Positions 60,444 to 64,000 of a stretch of 64,000 bases of DNA are shown here, in pieces; the stretch's first letter is position 1; each line of letters opens with the position of its first letter. Under the pieces are notes generated by a model. That model was not told where the DNA came from, did not search any database, and saw nothing but the letters and a program-made list of their open reading frames with translations. The stretch covers positions 963,596 through 1,027,595 of the forward strand of contig JALDAJ010000001.1 in NCBI GenBank assembly GCA_022729235.1, read 5' to 3'. A program made the translations under genes and the position numbers. The DNA is from Candidatus Nanohalarchaeota archaeon. GTDB lineage: Archaea; Nanohalarchaeota; Nanosalinia; Nanosalinales; Nanosalinaceae.

Positions 60444-60932
60444 TTAATCTTGGAAAAGATTTTTCGCCCGGTGATAACTCGGTGTTCCAAGCCAGTCACG
60501 CGTCTCAGCCATGCACTCTACCTGTTCCTGCGCTGCTTCAGCGTCCAGACGATTCCGTTTAACGAGCGCCCGTAGCACAATCGGTGAAATAGCGACCCGG
60601 CATGTTACGATATTCTGGAGCTCAGGAAGCGCCCTAAGATCGTCAGTTATTAAGAAATCAGCATCCAGTTCTTCCACAAGCATGGCGCAGCTTGCCTCAC
60701 CAGCGTCGATTCTTGAAGACCGGAAGTCCTGATTCGAAACTGAATGAACCGTTATACCAGAGTCTTTAAGCACTTTGCCAGCAGCATTGCCGTGAACATC
60801 CTCGTATTCTGCAGTATCCCTAAGTTCTTCAACCACCAACTCAGTCGTATGTACATCAAATTCTTCGATAACGAGATCTAGTACCTCTGCAGCGGCAAGA
60901 GAGACTAATGCACTGGTATCAGCAACAATCAT
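60444..60932 (-). CDS. PIN-domain toxin (VapC/DUF3368-like)
   Basis: IVADTSAL...IDAGEASC...LITDD. Confidence 0.85.
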   Translation of the reverse strand: MIVADTSALVSLAAAEVLDLVIEEFDVHTTELVVEELRDTAEYEDVHGNAAGKVLKDSGITVHSVSNQDFRSSRIDAGEASCAMLVEELDADFLITDDLRALPELQNIVTCRVAISPIVLRALVKRNRLDAEAAQEQVECMAETRDWLGTPSYHRAKNLFQD

Positions 60933-60956
60933 ACCTGGTCCGCCACCTCCAAGTTT

Positions 60957-61259
60957 TTAGAGGTCAGCAAGCTCTCCAGCAAGCTCTTCTCCCTGTTCCA
61001 AAATATTTTTCGAGGCCCGGACAGACTCAGCGTCCTGCCTACCGATAAACTCTTTTAATACCTCGAAACTTATCCTGTCATCGAGATATAGTTCAATAAC
61101 GTCTTCCTTGAATTTTTCACTGTCTTCAACATCCTCAAAGTATTCTCGAAGCGCATCTTTGATTACTTCTGTCCGGTTCTTGCGCGACACTTCAGCCGCG
61201 ACATCCGCTTTTTCCACCAGCTTCTCCGGAAGCCTGAAGTTGACTCTAGTAGTATTCAC
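60957..61259 (-). CDS. Ribbon-helix-helix antitoxin
   Basis: RVNFRLPEKL...NRTEVIKDALREY; upstream of the PIN gene. Confidence 0.85.
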   Translation of the reverse strand: MNTTRVNFRLPEKLVEKADVAAEVSRKNRTEVIKDALREYFEDVEDSEKFKEDVIELYLDDRISFEVLKEFIGRQDAESVRASKNILEQGEELAGELADL

Positions 61260-61331
61260 TTCCAACACCTCTGTACACACAATATACATACATACTTATA
61301 AGCTTTTTCTCAGAAAGCACCAGAGCTCTGA

Positions 61332-61430
61332 ATCATGCAGTGCCTGGTAGTTGATGACTTTGAAACCGTCCTCTATAGCCCACTGTGATTCACCAAATGG
61401 CACGTAATCCGGATTTACATAGTACTCTAC
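61332..61430. repeat. Inter-cassette repeat copy A
   Basis: 75/99 nt ungapped identity to 62992-63090, last 26 nt identical. Minus strand reads VEYYVNPDYVPFGESQWAIEDGFKVINYQALHD. Confidence 0.9.
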
Positions 61431-61462
61431 AACATAGATCAAGCTACAACATATACGAACCC

Positions 61463-61807
61463 TTATTTGAGCGTTCTATACCCGGATTCTGTAAGAATAT
61501 AAAGCCCAGAAGTTTCACTATCTACCTTTTGGAGATGTTTTTCCAGCAAGTCATTGATAGATTCCACTGACTGCTTGGATGGTTTCACAACGATTATCGT
61601 TAAATCTTCTGGCCGAGAGAAATAGTAAATCTCGCCAAAGTCTGTATCTTGAGTCAGTATAGACCTGTTCTGCTCTCGCGCAATATCTGCTACTTCAGTA
61701 TCTCTAGCACCAAGATCTTTATCCCTCACAAGTTCAACATCATGTCCTTCTTCATCTAGAAAACGTGCTGTCTCGGGAGATATATTTTCGTCAACCAGAA
61801 GCCTCAA
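61463..61807 (-). CDS. DUF5615 (VapC45-type) PIN-like toxin
   Basis: MRLLVDENIS...GHDV...D.EV...ILTQDTDFG. Confidence 0.88.
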   Translation of the reverse strand: MRLLVDENISPETARFLDEEGHDVELVRDKDLGARDTEVADIAREQNRSILTQDTDFGEIYYFSRPEDLTIIVVKPSKQSVESINDLLEKHLQKVDSETSGLYILTESGYRTLK

Positions 61808-61810
61808 TTC

Positions 61811-62044
61811 TTATGCCACCGATTCTTCACTATATGCTTCCCTTTGCACTCTTTTAGTTACGTAGTTTATCGCAGCCTTTACATCCTCCTCCTCCAAGTC
61901 GGGATAGACCTCTATTATCTCTGCCATAGTCTTTCCTTCACCAAGCATCTCGAGAATGACGTAAACCGGTATCCTTGTACCCTTGATCACCGGCTTACCC
62001 GCCATAACCTCCGGATCAACTGTCACCCGCTCTTCAGTAGTCAT
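61811..62044 (-). CDS. DUF433 antitoxin
   Basis: DPEVMAGKPVIKGTRIPV...YPDL..EDVKAAINY. Confidence 0.92.
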   Translation of the reverse strand: MTTEERVTVDPEVMAGKPVIKGTRIPVYVILEMLGEGKTMAEIIEVYPDLEEEDVKAAINYVTKRVQREAYSEESVA

Positions 62045-62168
62045 ACAATCAACAGCAATCTCCAAGATTAAGTAATTTACGGAGACTGATTAAACCCATC
62101 TAAGACACATCTCCAGGTTCATCATCCGGAGACAACTTTCTCACTGATCTCTGTTATTCTCGTTCTAC

Positions 62169-62255
62169 ATCATGCAACACCTGATAATTAACTAATTTGA
62201 ACTGTCTTCTGTTGCGTACGGCGATTCACCGTATGGCACATAATCCGGATGCACA
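62169..62255. repeat. Inter-cassette repeat copy B (1-nt deletion)
   Basis: Minus strand reads VHPDYVPYGESPYATED / FKLVNYQVLHD and begins directly after the DUF5615 stop. Confidence 0.8.
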
Positions 62256-62591
62256 TCAGTAGAACCTATTCAGCCTAACAAGAGAGTTCTCCAGATCCTC
62301 ACTACTCATTAAATCAAAAATTCTCAAGACAGCTTCCGACACCTCTCTTAACGCCCTGTGATGCATACCAGAGTCAAATATTATACCAAAATGCTCTTGA
62401 TTATCGTTAAGTCTCACAAAATCACGGTCACGAGTCAAAATAACAGCCCTGTTCTCATTCGCCAATTCCAGAACTTCATCATCCGAGTCGGAGATTTCAG
62501 GTCGGAAAACTTCAAATCCCTCATCCCTTAATATCTCATCTAATGCAGGATCAACCATCTCATCACACACTACTTTATTCACTCTGCTCAA
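62256..62591 (-). CDS. DUF5615 PIN-like toxin, second copy
   Basis: VVCDEMV...SDDEVLELA...VILTRDRDF. Confidence 0.85.
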   Translation of the reverse strand: MSRVNKVVCDEMVDPALDEILRDEGFEVFRPEISDSDDEVLELANENRAVILTRDRDFVRLNDNQEHFGIIFDSGMHHRALREVSEAVLRIFDLMSSEDLENSLVRLNRFY

Positions 62592-62594
62592 CCT

Positions 62595-62873
62595 CTAAGC
62601 CGCAGCTCCTCTAGAACGTCCTTGTCGTTCGACCACTTGCTTGGTAAGCTCAGAAGTTGCCTGCTCCCTAATAACATCAGGATGGGAGACTGCATAATCC
62701 AGTGCCTGCTCAACATCCTCTTTCTCTAAAGCATCATACTTCCTGACAATATCATCCACGGTAAGACCTTTCAAAACATGCATCTCGTATATCTGGATAA
62801 CAGAAATCCGAGAACCCTTAATTCTAGGACTCTCCTCCAAAGATTCATCAAATCTTAACCGATCAAAAGTCAT
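62595..62873 (-). CDS. DUF433 antitoxin, second copy
   Basis: PRIKGSRISV...Y..LEKEDVEQALDY. Confidence 0.88.
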   Translation of the reverse strand: MTFDRLRFDESLEESPRIKGSRISVIQIYEMHVLKGLTVDDIVRKYDALEKEDVEQALDYAVSHPDVIREQATSELTKQVVERQGRSRGAAA

Positions 62874-62991
62874 CGACCTACTTCCACCTACAAAGAAACT
62901 TAACGCTATACAGACTTATAACTTCTCCTTACCACGCCTCCAAACAAAAACTGTTCTTACCAGCAAACACTGCAACACACAAATATTCCGC

Positions 62992-63090
62992 ATCGTGCAG
63001 TGCCTGATAGTTAACAACCTTAAACACGGTTTCAGTTGCCCGCTCCGAAAAACCAAACAGCACATAATCCGGATTTACATAGTACTCTAC
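62992..63090. repeat. Inter-cassette repeat copy C
   Basis: Minus strand reads VEYYVNPDYVLFGFSERATETVFKVVNYQALHD. Confidence 0.9.
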
Positions 63091-63103
63091 CGTATGAGGC
63101 ATA

Positions 63104-63467
63104 TTACTCTAAATACAGACAGCCCAAAGGCTCTGTTGAAAGTTGTTGATAAGTCAGTGGTGAATACTTTCTAGTCTTTCTGCCACTTCTGAAAGATCTT
63201 CTTGGATGTAAGAGTAGTCCCTATGCCGTACTGCGGAAACGACTTTTTCGGAGTTGAGATAATCGAAGTAGACACAGTGGTCAAGCTTGCCGTCCTTAAG
63301 TTTCAGCCTCTGAAATTCAACTCCAAAATCAGGCTTATGGACATAGCTAACATTTTCACGTTTTCCCTTACTACCTAATTCTCCTCTATCCTATCCAGAA
63401 TTCTTTCTCTAACTTCCATATCAAACTGTTTGAGGTCTTGTTTTGCTTCGGTAGAAATCTCAACCAT
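63104..63467 (-). pseudogene. RelE/ParE-like toxin, frameshifted near 63379
   Basis: MVEISTEAKQDLKQF...RERILDRIEE, then the shifted frame ...FQRLKLKDGKLDHCVYFD...VSAVRHRD. Confidence 0.7.
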
Positions 63468-63695
63468 CTATGTTATCTCCTCTCTTACTTCTTCAAGAGG
63501 CTGGGTGTCTACTTCTCCCTGTTTAACCTTTATGGCACGCAAGAGGAGTTCCGAGTCAAGCTCATTATCCTCTTCAAGTTTCTCCCTCAAAGCCTGCCTA
63601 ACATACTCTGAAGGACTCTGATAGTTCTTCACCTCAGCAGTCTCCTCTATCTGCCTCTTCAAATCATCCGGAACATCAACACTTATCCTCGCCAT
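63468..63695 (-). CDS. RHH/CopG-type antitoxin
   Basis: MARISVDVPDDLK...YQSPSEYVRQALRE; stop abuts the toxin ATG. Confidence 0.85.
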   Translation of the reverse strand: MARISVDVPDDLKRQIEETAEVKNYQSPSEYVRQALREKLEEDNELDSELLLRAIKVKQGEVDTQPLEEVREEIT

Positions 63696-64000
63696 ATTAA
63701 CCACATGTTCAAAACATATGATTGAAATATTAAAAACCTACCGGAGCACATCTGTCTCCTTCCCAATAAAACAGTATTACAAAAACACTAGATATACAGC
63801 TATACCAGTATATTTGTATTACAGACCTTGGTTTGAACCACATCCTTTATAAACCTCGATGAGTAACTACTTGATAGTAACACGAAAGAGGCGCGGGTTG
63901 CCCAGAATAATAATCGATAAAAAGCCCGAAAACAACTCCATAAACGTGAATAAAACAAAAAAAGAGGTTTAAACAGGAACAATGACACTCGACGGCTTGA

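Noticed and set aside
61332-63090. CRISPR array interpretation of the spaced repeats
   Set aside because: Copies are ~99 bp, diverged and separated by ~750 bp of genes; no cas genes are present.
63851-63892. Hammerhead-like GATGAG...GAAA stem
   Set aside because: The core reads CTCGATGA rather than CTGANGA, and stems I and III cannot be completed.

Overview
Archaeal chromosomal window with a strongly acidic (Asp/Glu-rich) proteome. It also carries an exosome (rrp4/41/42), which Halobacteria lack, and an intron-containing tRNA-Ile(UAU). Together these point to a Candidatus Nanohaloarchaeota (DPANN) genome (inference). Core genes: P-type ATPase (partial), archaeal SAM synthetase, the psmA-SBDS-rrp4-rrp41-rrp42-rpl37ae-rpoP-pcc1-pfdB cluster, sepF, aCPSF1/FttA, psmB, an amidohydrolase, proS, mre11-rad50, herA and a 1775-aa surface protein. 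Two accessory hot spots share an unusual design in which cassettes are separated by diverged copies of protein-coding fragments. (1) Downstream of a MazG-like gene, its last 14 codons recur twice and delimit a Doc/NrtR-PncA-PncB NAD-salvage block, an orphan gene and a restriction-modification block. (2) At 60.4-63.7 kb, four toxin-antitoxin pairs are separated by three copies of a ~99-bp repeat with a palindromic core. Also seen: NrtR operators (GT-N7-AC), four accessory genes broken by single-base lesions, probable ATT/ATC start codons, a Cys/His-rich acidic gene trio next to the tRNA, and Tat-type zincins inserted in the exosome cluster. All calls come from reading the sequence; no database searches were run.
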